From: an uncultured Pseudomonadota bacterium
GTDB taxonomy: Bacteria > Pseudomonadota > Alphaproteobacteria > Rs-D84
NCBI GenBank assembly: GCA_902802115.1
Contig: CADCKW010000002.1
Span: 69,744 to 133,743 of the forward strand
Reading direction: 5' to 3'
Length of the DNA stretch: 64,000 bases
The notes under the pieces were generated by a model that searched no databases, was not told where the DNA came from, and saw nothing but the letters and a program-made list of their open reading frames with translations. Each line of letters starts with the position of its first letter. Positions within the stretch are counted from its first letter, which is position 1. Below, one piece after another: positions 9,903-20,868 of this stretch. The position numbers and the translations under genes were made by a program.

Positions 9903-10928
9903 TTATTTACATTTTGCAATTTCATCTGGCAATCGTTGTGTTCGTGATGCCTCGTCCATACAATGCCCACTGTTTATACGCCAATCAACACGATGTTCTT
10001 TTTCACCACTGGCAAAACAATATTGATGATTTAACGCACTGTGATTACATGTGTATTGCGATGTACCAATGTTAGTATAAGAAGCAGACTTGGTATTACG
10101 ACGATATGAACTGGCGCAAGGACACAAAATATCAACAAATGCTTTTTCGCCATTATTTTTCCAATAAATTTGATAATGCAAGTGCGGACCATAACAATTA
10201 CCGGTGCAACCACTGGTCCCCACCAAGTCACCCGCACGCACAGTATCGCCAACACTAACATTTTGCGCCGTTAAATGCAAATATTGCGAATTCATACCGC
10301 CAACATGTTGAATTTCGACATATTTTCCACTGGTTTTATCTTGGGTGACACGTGTGACCGTTCCATCGCCAGTTGCATAAATCGGTGTGCCGTTTGGAAT
10401 ACCAATATCTATACCAGTGTGAAAATATTTTCCGCCTTGGTATTCGCGAAAACCAAAATCACTGGTGATAATAATATTTTTATTTTCCCCCAATGGCGAA
10501 CGCAATGGCAAAGAATTACGTGTGATGCGCGGTGGTTTTGTATTTGGTATTGATGGCAGAACCCCAGGATTTGAATTTGTCCCAGGTGTATTTGGTGTAT
10601 CTGGTGCGATTGGTTTATCGCCGGGCACAGTCGTATCAGGTGTATCAGCATTTGCAATCAAATCTGCAAAATACGCATTTGCATGTTCTGTATTTTCTTT
10701 ATCGCGTTCGATTGTCAAACCCGCATACGGACACCCAGAAATACATTTTCCATTTTCATCATATTGCCGGTCAAACACACCGTATCCTTCGGCCAAAACA
10801 GCCAACCGGTCAGCAAATGCGACATCTTTGAAAGTTTTTGGAAAACTGGTTGGTGTCAGCAAACTGTCTGCAAATGCACATGTTGCCGATACAGTTATGC
10901 CTATAAAAATCCACCCTGCTATTTTCAT
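9903..10928 (-). CDS. secreted M23 (LytM-type) peptidase with Pro-rich linker
   Basis: Signal peptide, Pro/Thr-rich linker, then HTGIDIGIPNGTPIYATGDGTV...GKYVEIQH M23 motifs; Cys-rich C-terminal region. Confidence 0.75.
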   Translation of the reverse strand: MKIAGWIFIGITVSATCAFADSLLTPTSFPKTFKDVAFADRLAVLAEGYGVFDRQYDENGKCISGCPYAGLTIERDKENTEHANAYFADLIANADTPDTTVPGDKPIAPDTPNTPGTNSNPGVLPSIPNTKPPRITRNSLPLRSPLGENKNIIITSDFGFREYQGGKYFHTGIDIGIPNGTPIYATGDGTVTRVTQDKTSGKYVEIQHVGGMNSQYLHLTAQNVSVGDTVRAGDLVGTSGCTGNCYGPHLHYQIYWKNNGEKAFVDILCPCASSYRRNTKSASYTNIGTSQYTCNHSALNHQYCFASGEKEHRVDWRINSGHCMDEASRTQRLPDEIAKCK

Positions 10929-11009
10929 TGTATTAAATTATATCATATTTTAAACTTTGTTGAAATGTATTTGTGCGTTTATTATAATGCAAAAAACAAA
11001 GGAATTATC

Positions 11010-11936
11010 ATGCACAAAGTAAAAACTGTATATGACCATATTCGCGAAAACAATATAAAAACAGCCGTTTTGGTTGCAATGTTTCCAATATCTTTTATCG
11101 CATTGGTGTTTTTATTTTGTTGGATAATTATGCCGGTTCAAGATGCATTAAATACAACCGTCCAGGTGGCAATCCCTACATTTGTTATATGTTTGGTGTG
11201 GATGATTATATCATGGGCATTTGGTGATTCTATGATGATGTCGGGTGCTGGGGCGCATGAAATTCACGATGACACACCTGAAAACAAAAAAATTTTCCGC
11301 ATGGTTGAAAATGTCGCACTGGCGGCAGGATTACCAACACCACGCGTATATATTATCCCCGACAATGGATTGAACGCATTTGCCACAGGACGCAGTCCCA
11401 ATGACGCATCGGTGGCATTAACACGCGGAATTATAAACAAATTGGACGACAATGAACTGCAAGGTGTGATTGCACATGAAATGTCACATATTGGCAATCG
11501 CGATATTCGACTGGACATGCTGTTGATTACCGGTGTTGGCGTGACGGTATTTGCCGCCGATATTTTGTTGCGTGTTGCATTGCAATCAAACAACAATCGT
11601 GACGAAAACGGCAAGGCAGGAACCGGGGCGGTATTATTGATGGTATGGTTGGCATTTACAGTGTTTAATGTTGTTATTTCGCCTTTGTTGCAGTTGGCCG
11701 TATCACGAAAACGCGAATTTGCCGCAGATGCGTGTGGCGCACAAATTACACGCAACCCACGTGCTTTGGCGGACGCATTGCGTAAAATCAGTGGCAATGC
11801 AACCGTAAAATCGTTAAGTGAAACAAAATCTATGGCGATTGCGTGTATTGCCGAACCAGGCAAATCATTTATGGGCGATTTATTTTCAACCCACCCCAGT
11901 ACAGAGGAAAGAATAAAACGGTTGGAAAATATGTAA
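11010..11936 (+). CDS. htpX: membrane protease HtpX (M48)
   Basis: Internal ATG at 11010 with RBS AAAGGA; 4 TM helices and HEMSH zinc motif (VIAHEMSHIGNRD). Confidence 0.85.
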   Translation: MHKVKTVYDHIRENNIKTAVLVAMFPISFIALVFLFCWIIMPVQDALNTTVQVAIPTFVICLVWMIISWAFGDSMMMSGAGAHEIHDDTPENKKIFRMVENVALAAGLPTPRVYIIPDNGLNAFATGRSPNDASVALTRGIINKLDDNELQGVIAHEMSHIGNRDIRLDMLLITGVGVTVFAADILLRVALQSNNNRDENGKAGTGAVLLMVWLAFTVFNVVISPLLQLAVSRKREFAADACGAQITRNPRALADALRKISGNATVKSLSETKSMAIACIAEPGKSFMGDLFSTHPSTEERIKRLENM

Positions 11937-11940
11937 GTGG

Positions 11941-12005
11941 CTACCCCCTCCACCTGCTTTCGCTAACGCTACAGCAAGGTTCCCCTCCCCACGTGGAAAA
12001 ACCAC
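11941..12005. repeat. GC-rich palindromic repeat (family member)
   Basis: CCCCCTCCACCTGCTTTCGCT..GCTACAGCAAGGTTCCCCTCCCCACGTGG, about 50 bp near-identical to 61050-61105; intergenic. Confidence 0.5.
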
Positions 12006-12081
12006 TTGGGGCGGAATTTTTTTCTTGCATTTGAAAAAAAATTATGTCAAAATTAGCCCCGAACTTGTTGAAAGTTTCAAT

Positions 12082-12158
12082 GGAACCATAGCTCAGCTGG
12101 CTAGAGCAACTGACTTTTAATCAGTGGGTCCAGGGTTCGAATCCCTGTGGTTCCACCA
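12082..12158 (+). tRNA. tRNA-Lys (anticodon UUU)
   Basis: Manual cloverleaf: acceptor GGAACCA/TGGTTCC, D-arm GCTC/GAGC, anticodon stem ACTGA/TCAGT with loop CTTTTAA, T-arm CAGGG TTCGAAT CCCTG, encoded CCA. Confidence 0.9.
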
Positions 12159-12168
12159 AAAATAAATA

Positions 12169-12190
12169 ACGCCCTTTTGGGCGTTTTTTT
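12169..12190 (+). terminator. rho-independent terminator after tRNA-Lys
   Basis: ACGCCC TTTT GGGCGT followed by a T-run. Confidence 0.6.
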
Positions 12191-12314
12191 GTTTTTGTGG
12201 AAACACATGATTGATTCAAAGCATTGTTTGCTATCGCGACAGACTTGATTTTATGGGCATTTTGCACTATAATTGCATAGAAAGATTGACGCACATTTCC
12301 CTAAGGAGACATCT

Positions 12315-14786
12315 ATGGCGGAACCGTTGGATTTTAGCAAAGTTAAAGATTTTATTGAATCATATGCTATACACAGACATTTGTATAACATGCCGCCTGA
12401 TGTGCGCAAGCGGTTCAGCAAAAAAATGGAATCCAAGGATTATTCCGGTCATCACAAATACTGGCCGGCATACCTGGAAAACGTTGATCAAGATCCACCA
12501 CAATTTCCGTACCTGACCAGTGAAAATTTATATGAAGAATTATATTCTATGTTCCAGGCCGCGTTCGAAAACATGTCCGAAAACAGATCGGATTTGGAAA
12601 AAGCCGGCAAGGAAGATACAACACTGGCATTTTTAGACAAATGGTATGGGGCCGGTAAATTATTTGATTCATCAAAACCTGTGTCGGGTTTGGAAGAAAG
12701 ATTAACACATTTTGCAGATTTTTTGGCCAGACACGCCAGTAAATTAAAATTAAAAATTTTAAGCAATGCATCTGGGTTGCCTGAAAAATTTGACTATAAC
12801 AATTTTATCAGCGATTTACGCAAACCCGATAAATATAATGATAAAGATTTTCGTGCCGCTTTGAACGCGGTGGCGGGTTATGTTCAAGCGAACTCTACCG
12901 ATGAAAACGCGGTTCATTATGGTGCATGGCCGACCGGTGTTCCGGCATACGATTTTACATCTTCACAATTTATAAATGAATCCGGGGTCACAGAAAATGT
13001 AAAAAAACTGAATGATACAGACCCAAACAAGTGGTTCACGCATGTATATAACCCGGCATTTAAACACAGATTGCCAGAACTGTTTGATAAATTGGTATCG
13101 TCGGGCACTGTATTCACAGATTTTACAACATACGACAGTTCCAGTCCCCACCCGAAAAGCGGAACCATCAGTAAGAAAATTCAGTCTGGTTTGGATTTTA
13201 CGGCATGGGACAAAACTGATAGTGATGATTATGTAAAACCAAAAGACGATGACGAGAAAAACATTTGGCAAAGATTTGAAAAAGCCAAAGAAGATTTTGT
13301 CGCCAATCATATTGACCCATGGACCGATATGTTGCGTGGGCGTCGCAGATTTTTCAGTCCATATGCACGCGCAATTATAGAGGCATGCGGCAAGGTAAAA
13401 ACCAAAGACGGCAAAAAAATAAAACCAACCGATGGTTTGCAGGGAATTTTAGATAACAAAGATGCAATTTTGAAAAAACTGGGGGACGACCCAAAGGGCA
13501 AGCCCGCCAGCCATTTTGATTGGATTACAAAAAAATTGTCTGTTTATGCCGATACATACCCAAAGGCTTTTGCGGGCGCATTTAAAAATCCACGTCAAAT
13601 GAAAAAAATTGTTTCGGCATTTATTATTGATGGCATCAAAGAAAGTAAAGTTGCACAAGTCAAAACCGCTTTGGAAATGTTGTCCGTTATGAAATACGGC
13701 ATGTTTTCCAGCAAAACAATGCAGGATTTAAAAAAGGCAGAATTTACATGGCTGTCCGACAAAGGATTATCTTGGAACAAATACGAAGCACCACAAATGT
13801 TTACAAAAGTTTTTGACACAACATTAAAATACGCTTCATTAGGTATTGGTTATGGTGTTGCCGCATTGCGCAATAAATGGTTCCGCGATAACACAAAATT
13901 CCGCGGCAAAACAAAATTCTTGGACAAAGCGCATGACAAATGGAAAAAAGATAATAAACAAGATGAGTTTGACGAAAAAGTTCGTGATACATTGGAATTG
14001 GATTTAAGAAATTCTATCGCTGAACGCAGAATATTGCATAGCAATTTGTATGCTGCGGGGGGACGCGCCGCAGTTGAGGCAAACATAAACAACCATCAAA
14101 CCCAAAAAGACACAATAGAAAATCGGCGCAACAACTTACAAAATACATTAAATATATTGAAACAACAATTGGACGAAAACCCAAATATTGTTGCGGATTT
14201 AACCAGTGAAATCACAAATTTAGACAATCAAATCACTGTAAAACAGGCCGAAATAAACGCAAAAATAAGAGCCGCCGCAACGCCACCAACCCCAGACCAA
14301 CAGGCAGAAATCGATACATTAAAATATGAATTATATGGCATACAAGCAGAGCGCAATGAAAAAATAAGAAACAAAAATCAACTGCAACTGGGGTATTTAT
14401 CCAGATTGGAAAATATTATATCTAATTGCGATACCAGAATAGATAGTCTGGATACCCAAATTGAAAACAATCAAAAACTGATAGACGACAATGATAAAGC
14501 CGACAACAATGTTCGTGGCTTAATCCATCAAGTTCGCGAAGTTCGTGGCATGTCCGAAGATTGGGAATCCAAACATGGCGACAATTATATGAAATTAATG
14601 GCATATTGGGATATGCTGGAAACATACGGCAAATCTCATCAAAATCCTTGGTTCCGTTCAATGAAAGATGTGCGTGATGAATTTACCGAAGGCTTTGACC
14701 AAGATAAAGATACCGCACCTGTATCCCAGGCAAAAATTGTCGAAGTTGAATTCTGGAACAAATACAAACAAAGACATGCGGCATAA
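12315..14786 (+). CDS. large hypothetical protein with C-terminal coiled-coil region (candidate secreted effector)
   Basis: ATG at 12315 preceded by RBS AAGGAG and a TATAAT-like -10; about 820 aa, no recognisable enzymatic motif; a 250-aa heptad-rich segment (ENRRNNLQNTLNILKQQLDEN...). Confidence 0.55.
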   Translation: MAEPLDFSKVKDFIESYAIHRHLYNMPPDVRKRFSKKMESKDYSGHHKYWPAYLENVDQDPPQFPYLTSENLYEELYSMFQAAFENMSENRSDLEKAGKEDTTLAFLDKWYGAGKLFDSSKPVSGLEERLTHFADFLARHASKLKLKILSNASGLPEKFDYNNFISDLRKPDKYNDKDFRAALNAVAGYVQANSTDENAVHYGAWPTGVPAYDFTSSQFINESGVTENVKKLNDTDPNKWFTHVYNPAFKHRLPELFDKLVSSGTVFTDFTTYDSSSPHPKSGTISKKIQSGLDFTAWDKTDSDDYVKPKDDDEKNIWQRFEKAKEDFVANHIDPWTDMLRGRRRFFSPYARAIIEACGKVKTKDGKKIKPTDGLQGILDNKDAILKKLGDDPKGKPASHFDWITKKLSVYADTYPKAFAGAFKNPRQMKKIVSAFIIDGIKESKVAQVKTALEMLSVMKYGMFSSKTMQDLKKAEFTWLSDKGLSWNKYEAPQMFTKVFDTTLKYASLGIGYGVAALRNKWFRDNTKFRGKTKFLDKAHDKWKKDNKQDEFDEKVRDTLELDLRNSIAERRILHSNLYAAGGRAAVEANINNHQTQKDTIENRRNNLQNTLNILKQQLDENPNIVADLTSEITNLDNQITVKQAEINAKIRAAATPPTPDQQAEIDTLKYELYGIQAERNEKIRNKNQLQLGYLSRLENIISNCDTRIDSLDTQIENNQKLIDDNDKADNNVRGLIHQVREVRGMSEDWESKHGDNYMKLMAYWDMLETYGKSHQNPWFRSMKDVRDEFTEGFDQDKDTAPVSQAKIVEVEFWNKYKQRHAA

Positions 14787-14813
14787 AAAAAAAGAGACAA
14801 ATGCCTCTTTTTT
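14787..14813. terminator. candidate bidirectional terminator between convergent genes
   Basis: A-run, short imperfect hairpin, T-run (AAAAAAAAAGAGACAAATGCCTCTTTTTTTT). Confidence 0.4.
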
Positions 14814-15782
14814 TTATTTTTTGTTGCCCAGTAATTTTTCTGCGGCTAATTTCTGTTGTAGTTGTTTTGTTTTGACCGCTATTTCATTTGGATTAAATGT
14901 ACCGTTTAATATTTGGCTACTCACATTTGATGTTGCAAATGTTGGCCAAACAACTTTATCCAATAATGCATCGATTTGTGGGGATATACCCGCAGCGGCA
15001 ACACCTCTACGAACATTATTGCCTATTTCGGCAATATCTTGGTCAAATTGATTGTTTGGACCAAAATGTGCATGTGGGACACGTGCTATATCCGCCATTT
15101 GTTTCCAACCCAATTTTGCAATAGCAGTGGCAATATCAAATTTCAATTCGTTTGTTTCATGCATTTTATCAGCAATTTGCATATAATACCCCAAATCTTG
15201 CATACGTGTTTGACGAACAAATTTGATTTTATTACCACCTAGTCTGGTGATGTCATTGGCGGCAATATATTTTTCTGGAAATTTTGTTAAATCGTTTGCA
15301 CTGCGTAAAGCGCGTGCCACAGAATATGTTAAATGCCAATCTGGATACAATACGTCCCAATTTTTAACTAATTTAAATTTATCGTCTATTTTATCAATTA
15401 CACGTGTCAAAATGTCGTATTGCAATTTCGCATCACCGATAAACTGCACAAATTCAATAATGTGTTTATAGTATTCAATTTCCGCAAATTCTTTGTGAGA
15501 ATCAAATTGGTCGTGACGCGCCATAATCGGCAACAATAAACGAACTGTTTTTAAATAAATTTTAACATCAGGGTCTGATTTGTATTCATAAAATTTCACA
15601 ACCAATTCGTTTAATTTGCGGTCAGCCAGATTATTCAAAGATAAAGATTTTTTTGTATTATTCACCCGTTCTTCTGTTAATTTGTTATGCGCCAAATTCA
15701 ACAAATTCCAATATGCCGGTGGCGTTGCACCGTTCAAATCAATCAATAATTTAACAAATGAATCAAATTCTTGTTGTGTCAT
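14814..15782 (-). CDS. hypothetical protein (alpha-helical, no recognised domain)
   Basis: ORF track; start moved to the ATG at 15782 preceded by GAGGTG RBS. Confidence 0.5.
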   Translation of the reverse strand: MTQQEFDSFVKLLIDLNGATPPAYWNLLNLAHNKLTEERVNNTKKSLSLNNLADRKLNELVVKFYEYKSDPDVKIYLKTVRLLLPIMARHDQFDSHKEFAEIEYYKHIIEFVQFIGDAKLQYDILTRVIDKIDDKFKLVKNWDVLYPDWHLTYSVARALRSANDLTKFPEKYIAANDITRLGGNKIKFVRQTRMQDLGYYMQIADKMHETNELKFDIATAIAKLGWKQMADIARVPHAHFGPNNQFDQDIAEIGNNVRRGVAAAGISPQIDALLDKVVWPTFATSNVSSQILNGTFNPNEIAVKTKQLQQKLAAEKLLGNKK

Positions 15783-15844
15783 TTTCACCTCTCTGTTCAA
15801 AGGTAATATAGCACAAAATTTTGACAAATCAAGAAAAAGTGTAA

Positions 15845-16927
15845 TTATTTTTTATGTCTGCGATGTTTATGGTGTTTGTGGTGCGGAATTTTATTTGCAA
15901 CAGAATCCGCGACATTGTGGGTGACGGTTTTGATTTTTTCCACAACCTCGGCACCTTTGTCATGCGCCATGGCGCGCCATTTACGGACACGCGCACGCAA
16001 CCAACGTTCATAAATAACAAATAATCCCCCCACCCCAATCAATGGCAAAACATAATAAATTATACGATATGCCAATAATGCACCAAATACAGTCGCCTTA
16101 TCCACATCATCAGGCAGCGCAAGCAAAAACACCGTTTCAAAAACACCTATGCCCCCGGGAACCTGACTGAATACCCCGGTTGTTTGCGCAATCACGAACA
16201 GTCCAATATATGTTCCAAACGATATATGCCAAAATGGTATCAGGCAAAAATACAATACCATACCCGCCAAAACACTGTCTGTGATTCCCAATACAGTTTG
16301 CAAAAATGCAGTTTTGGTTTGTGGAATTTTAAATATAATTTGACCTATTTTAATCTGTTTGTCGTGAAAAAACACCGTCATACCAAAATATGCCAATAAT
16401 ACACCCAAACAAAATACAAATAATGCCCCCAGGCCAACACCCGCCGATTGATTCAAAATATCGCGTGGAATCAAAAAGAAACCAATAATCACAATCGCTG
16501 TGCAGCCCAAAAAATATGTAAATCCAGAAAATGTCAGCATTTTTAATATATCGCCACCGGTAATGCGCCACCGCGTATAAAGACGATAACGAATTGCCCC
16601 CCCAGATACAACCGCATGACCGGCATTATTACTGATTGCAAAACCCAACATACCCGCCAACATCCATTTCCACCATGCGACCTTGGTCCCGGCACCAACA
16701 TAATTCAATGCCAAAAAATCATACAAAGCCAATGCCAAATATCCGGCAAAACACGCAACGCATGCCGCAATCAAATTACGTTTGGGTATCGAAAAAACCG
16801 CGTTCAAAATGTCGCCGAAACTGTAATTACGTAATTGATACCACAACATACCAGCCGCCAAGAAAAAAAAGAAAATCCCAGCATAACTGATTATTTTTTT
16901 AAAAAGCCTTTTTGCACGTGCAGACAT
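15845..16927 (-). CDS. YbhN/UPF0104-type (MprF flippase-like) integral membrane protein
   Basis: 8 or more TM helices, His/Lys-rich C-terminus; start taken at MSARAKR (16927). Confidence 0.5.
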   Translation of the reverse strand: MSARAKRLFKKIISYAGIFFFFLAAGMLWYQLRNYSFGDILNAVFSIPKRNLIAACVACFAGYLALALYDFLALNYVGAGTKVAWWKWMLAGMLGFAISNNAGHAVVSGGAIRYRLYTRWRITGGDILKMLTFSGFTYFLGCTAIVIIGFFLIPRDILNQSAGVGLGALFVFCLGVLLAYFGMTVFFHDKQIKIGQIIFKIPQTKTAFLQTVLGITDSVLAGMVLYFCLIPFWHISFGTYIGLFVIAQTTGVFSQVPGGIGVFETVFLLALPDDVDKATVFGALLAYRIIYYVLPLIGVGGLFVIYERWLRARVRKWRAMAHDKGAEVVEKIKTVTHNVADSVANKIPHHKHHKHRRHKK

Positions 16928-16973
16928 ATTTTCCCCTTTGGCAAAAAGGTATATTATCAACATATAAAATGAA

Positions 16974-19088
16974 ATGCAAATTTTAATTCACTTGCTTAAA
17001 AAAGCGAAATTTTATACTTTTATTATTATGAGACGAGAAATTGCCGAATTTTTAAATACAGATTTACAATTTATCAAAGGTGTTGGTCCGGTTCTGGCGG
17101 AAAGGTTTAATGATGTTTTGGGCGGACGGCGGGTCTTGGATTTTTTATTACATAAACCTGCGTATGTTCGTAATCGGGAAATAAATGAATCTGTGGCAAA
17201 TGTCGATGCGGGCGCAATTATTACTGTGCCTTTGTTGGTAAAATCACATAAAAGTCCGGGGAAATCTGCACCTTGGTTGCGACGCGCACGCGCAACACGC
17301 GTTTTATGTGTTGATAAGTTGGGATATCGGGTTGCAATTCAATTCTTTAATTCCAAATACACAGAATATTGGCTCAATAAATTGCCCGTCGGGCAATGGC
17401 GTATGGTTAGTGGCAAAATAGATGCTGGAAATCCGCCCGTTATGAATCACCCTGAATTTATCGAAACAATGGATGCCGCCGATAAAATTCCTTCTGCCCA
17501 GGCGATTTACCCCAGTGGCGAAGGTTTAACGCAAAAAATATTTACATCGGTACGTGACCAGATTTTTGCAAAACTGGATTCTGTTATATCGGGCGATGAT
17601 GATGAATTATTGGTCGAATTTTTTGACGCGTTGCGACATGTGCATTTTGCAAAATCGTCTGCGGATTTATTACCAAATTCAACATATGTTGCAAAATTGG
17701 CTTACTGTGAATTATTGGCACACCAAGTTGCCATCGCAATCAGTCGTCGCGCCAGAATTCAACAAAAAAATCAACGCGCGGTTCGTGTTAAAAAGTATGA
17801 TTACCTGAATAAATTTTATGACACATTGCCTTATAAATTAACCAATGCACAACAACGCGTGGTTGATGAAATCAAAACAGATATGGCGGCAACTGTGCCA
17901 ATGATGCGCCTGGTCCAAGGCGATGTTGGGTCGGGCAAAACAATCGTTGCGTTGATTGCTGCATTAAATATGGCGGAAAGTGGTGGGCAAACCGCTTTAT
18001 TGGCACCAACAGACACACTGGCACAACAACATTTCGCAAAAATAAAACCTATGTGCGACAAACTGGGAATCGTTGTTGATGTTTTAACTGGACGCGACAA
18101 AGGGGCTCCGCGTCGTGAAAAACTGATATCTTTGCGGTCTGGACGAACCAAGATAGTAATTGGGACGCATGCCCTGTTTTCAACCGATGTGGAATACAAA
18201 GATTTAGGCTTGGTTATTGTTGATGAACAGCATCGTTTTGGTGTCAATCAACGCGAGGCTTTACGCAACAAAGGTATTTTGGTCGATTTGTTGGCTTTGT
18301 CGGCAACACCAATACCGCGAACTTTGTCAATGACAATGTATGGCGATATGGACGTTTCAATCATAAATGAAAAACCCAGTGGCCGATTACCAATACGCAC
18401 AACCAAATTACCAATCGCACGCACAAATGACTTAATCACACGAATTAAACAACAAATTGACGATGGTGCCAAGGTATTCTGGATTTGCCCATTGGTCCAA
18501 GATGAAAACGGATTAGGCGTTGGTGCGGCGGTGGCGCGGCATGAAATGTTGAGCCAGATATTTAAAAATGTTGGATTGGTGCATGGTCAAATGTCAAAAG
18601 ATGCACGTGATAAAATTATGGCTGAATTTGCAGACAATAATTCCAGCATGTCTTTGTTGGTCGCAACCACTGTGATAGAGGTTGGAATTGATGTGCCGAA
18701 AGCCTCTATCATTGTGATTGAAAATGCCGAACAGTTTGGTTTGGCAACATTACATCAATTACGCGGACGTGTTGGACGCGGCAATATCCAATCTTTCTGT
18801 ATATTATTATATGGTATGAACATCAGTCCGGACGGATTAAAACGATTGGACGTGTTATGCGAAACAGACGATGGTTTCGTTATCGCCGAACAAGATTTAA
18901 TGATGCGTGGGGTCGGCGAATTGTTGGGAACACGACAAAGTGGTTGGATTCAATATCACTTTGCTGATTGGCGCGAACACAGGGATTTATTCAAATTGGC
19001 GGCACGCGCGGCGGCGGATAATAATGTGTCACAATGGACGCAAGATTTAATGAATATATTTAATTGTGTGGGTAATATAAATGCATAA
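16974..19088 (+). CDS. recG: ATP-dependent DNA helicase RecG
   Basis: N-terminal wedge domain, GDVGSGKT Walker A, DEQHRFGV, TATPIPRT helicase motifs; alternative start at 17028. Confidence 0.9.
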   Translation: MQILIHLLKKAKFYTFIIMRREIAEFLNTDLQFIKGVGPVLAERFNDVLGGRRVLDFLLHKPAYVRNREINESVANVDAGAIITVPLLVKSHKSPGKSAPWLRRARATRVLCVDKLGYRVAIQFFNSKYTEYWLNKLPVGQWRMVSGKIDAGNPPVMNHPEFIETMDAADKIPSAQAIYPSGEGLTQKIFTSVRDQIFAKLDSVISGDDDELLVEFFDALRHVHFAKSSADLLPNSTYVAKLAYCELLAHQVAIAISRRARIQQKNQRAVRVKKYDYLNKFYDTLPYKLTNAQQRVVDEIKTDMAATVPMMRLVQGDVGSGKTIVALIAALNMAESGGQTALLAPTDTLAQQHFAKIKPMCDKLGIVVDVLTGRDKGAPRREKLISLRSGRTKIVIGTHALFSTDVEYKDLGLVIVDEQHRFGVNQREALRNKGILVDLLALSATPIPRTLSMTMYGDMDVSIINEKPSGRLPIRTTKLPIARTNDLITRIKQQIDDGAKVFWICPLVQDENGLGVGAAVARHEMLSQIFKNVGLVHGQMSKDARDKIMAEFADNNSSMSLLVATTVIEVGIDVPKASIIVIENAEQFGLATLHQLRGRVGRGNIQSFCILLYGMNISPDGLKRLDVLCETDDGFVIAEQDLMMRGVGELLGTRQSGWIQYHFADWREHRDLFKLAARAAADNNVSQWTQDLMNIFNCVGNINA

Positions 19089-20373
19089 AATTTTGATGGT
19101 TTTATTTTTTATATTTGCAGTTATCCCAGCGCACGCGTTGTCTGTGATTACAGATACAGAAACTGAAAAATTATTACACAAAATAATTGCACCGGTGGCA
19201 ACGGCGGCGAACATTCCTGAATCCAGATTAAAAATACATATTGTAAATGATGCTGATTTTAACGCATTTGTGACCGGTGGCGAAGATGTCTATATATATA
19301 CTGGATTGTTAATGCGGATACATGATGTAAATGCATTACAGGCGGTTGTGGCACACGAATTAGGACACACCGTTGGGGGTCATATTCAACAAATGTCTGC
19401 CCGAATGGAAGCCGAAATGAAACGTGCATTGATGATTCAGGCATTGGGTATTGGATTAATGGTCGCAGGTGGCAATCCAACATTGGGTGCGGGTGTGTTG
19501 GCGGGTGCCGGCGGTGTTGCAAAACAATCTTTGTTATCTTTTTCACGTGACGAAGAACGAATTGCCGATGATTTGGCGGTGGATTTAATGGTGCGCGCAA
19601 ATATAAATCCGGCAGGATTACTGACCGTATTTAATCAAATGAACGATATGATGGGCGCAACAGAATCAAAAATCAGCAAACACAACACAAATCACCCTTT
19701 GACAAATGAACGATTAAAAAATACGCGTGAAAAGTTAAAAAACACCAAACATGATGGCGAATTCACAAAATATTCAAATGACGAATATGAATTGGTGCGT
19801 GCCAAGTTGATTGGATACCTGTATCCTGAACAAAGAATTTTGGATAAATACCCTTATCGTGACACAACCAGTCCTGCCATTTATGCACGTGCCATTGGAA
19901 ATATGCGACGGGGCGCATTGTCTGGGGCCGCCCAAGGCACACGAACACTGATTGGACGCGACCCGAAAAACCCTTATTTTTTTGAATTATTGGGCGACAT
20001 AGAATATCAATTTGGACATTATGACGACAGTGCAAGTGCATACGAAATGGCTTTGAAACTGGAACCAAATGCACCGCAAATCCAAACGGCATTGGCATTG
20101 GTTTTGGCGGAAAGAAAAAAGCCAAACGATAATGCGCGTGCCACAGAATTATGCAAAACCGCTTTGTTGCGTGAAAAAGCACCTTTGACATACTGGGTTT
20201 TAAGCAAACTGTATGATGATGGACGCGAATATTGGGCAATGGCTGAATTTTATAATATGAACGGAAATGCAAAAAAAGCCAAACAATTTGCAAAAAAAGC
20301 CCAATCTGTATTAAAACCTGATACCCCGGAATATATTAAATCAGGTGATATTTTGTCTGGCCCAGAAAAATAG
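19081..20373 (+). CDS. bepA: periplasmic M48 metalloprotease with TPR domain (BepA/YfgC-like)
   Basis: Signal peptide, HELGHTVGGH HExxH motif, C-terminal TPR-like repeats. Confidence 0.75.
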   Translation: MHKILMVLFFIFAVIPAHALSVITDTETEKLLHKIIAPVATAANIPESRLKIHIVNDADFNAFVTGGEDVYIYTGLLMRIHDVNALQAVVAHELGHTVGGHIQQMSARMEAEMKRALMIQALGIGLMVAGGNPTLGAGVLAGAGGVAKQSLLSFSRDEERIADDLAVDLMVRANINPAGLLTVFNQMNDMMGATESKISKHNTNHPLTNERLKNTREKLKNTKHDGEFTKYSNDEYELVRAKLIGYLYPEQRILDKYPYRDTTSPAIYARAIGNMRRGALSGAAQGTRTLIGRDPKNPYFFELLGDIEYQFGHYDDSASAYEMALKLEPNAPQIQTALALVLAERKKPNDNARATELCKTALLREKAPLTYWVLSKLYDDGREYWAMAEFYNMNGNAKKAKQFAKKAQSVLKPDTPEYIKSGDILSGPEK

Positions 20374-20449
20374 CATCTGTTTTTAATGATTTTATTTTGG
20401 ATATACTGATTTTTGTGGTATAATATACACAAAGTGAAAAGGAGTTATT

Positions 20450-20848
20450 ATGTTGAAAAACCTGCCTAAAACTAAATTGGGTGTCAAGGCGCACAAAGAA
20501 TTTACCGAAGGTAAATTGTTGGTTAAATTGTGTGCATTGGCCAGTAAAGAGGCAAACAAAATCGTTTTGGATACAAAAGTCAGTGGCGAAACCAAATATG
20601 CCGTTGTTGGCAAATCCGCCAAGGGTGGTCAGCGCACTTTTTATTCTGTAAAATATATTGAAGCATCTGATGCCTATGAAGTTTATGTAAAGGGTAAAAA
20701 GGTGTCTTTGGGACCAAAAAATTCCAAACGGTTGTTTAAATTTACAAAATCCCAGGACGATAACAGAAAGAATTTAGAAAATTCTTTGGTTGGTGAAAAT
20801 AAAAAATGGTCTTTGTTTGGCTGGTTAAAGGGTCGCGGTTCCAAATAA
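20450..20848 (+). CDS. small Lys-rich hypothetical protein
   Basis: ORF with TATAAT-like -10 at about 20410 and RBS AAAGGAG; terminator hairpin at 20869-20900. Confidence 0.4.
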   Translation: MLKNLPKTKLGVKAHKEFTEGKLLVKLCALASKEANKIVLDTKVSGETKYAVVGKSAKGGQRTFYSVKYIEASDAYEVYVKGKKVSLGPKNSKRLFKFTKSQDDNRKNLENSLVGENKKWSLFGWLKGRGSK

Positions 20849-20868
20849 AGCCAGATTTAGCAATTTAA

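Noticed and set aside
10465-10953. 162-aa plus-strand ORF and 10683 upstream extension of htpX
   Set aside because: It is antisense to the M23 peptidase gene. The htpX start was moved to the internal ATG at 11010, which has an RBS.
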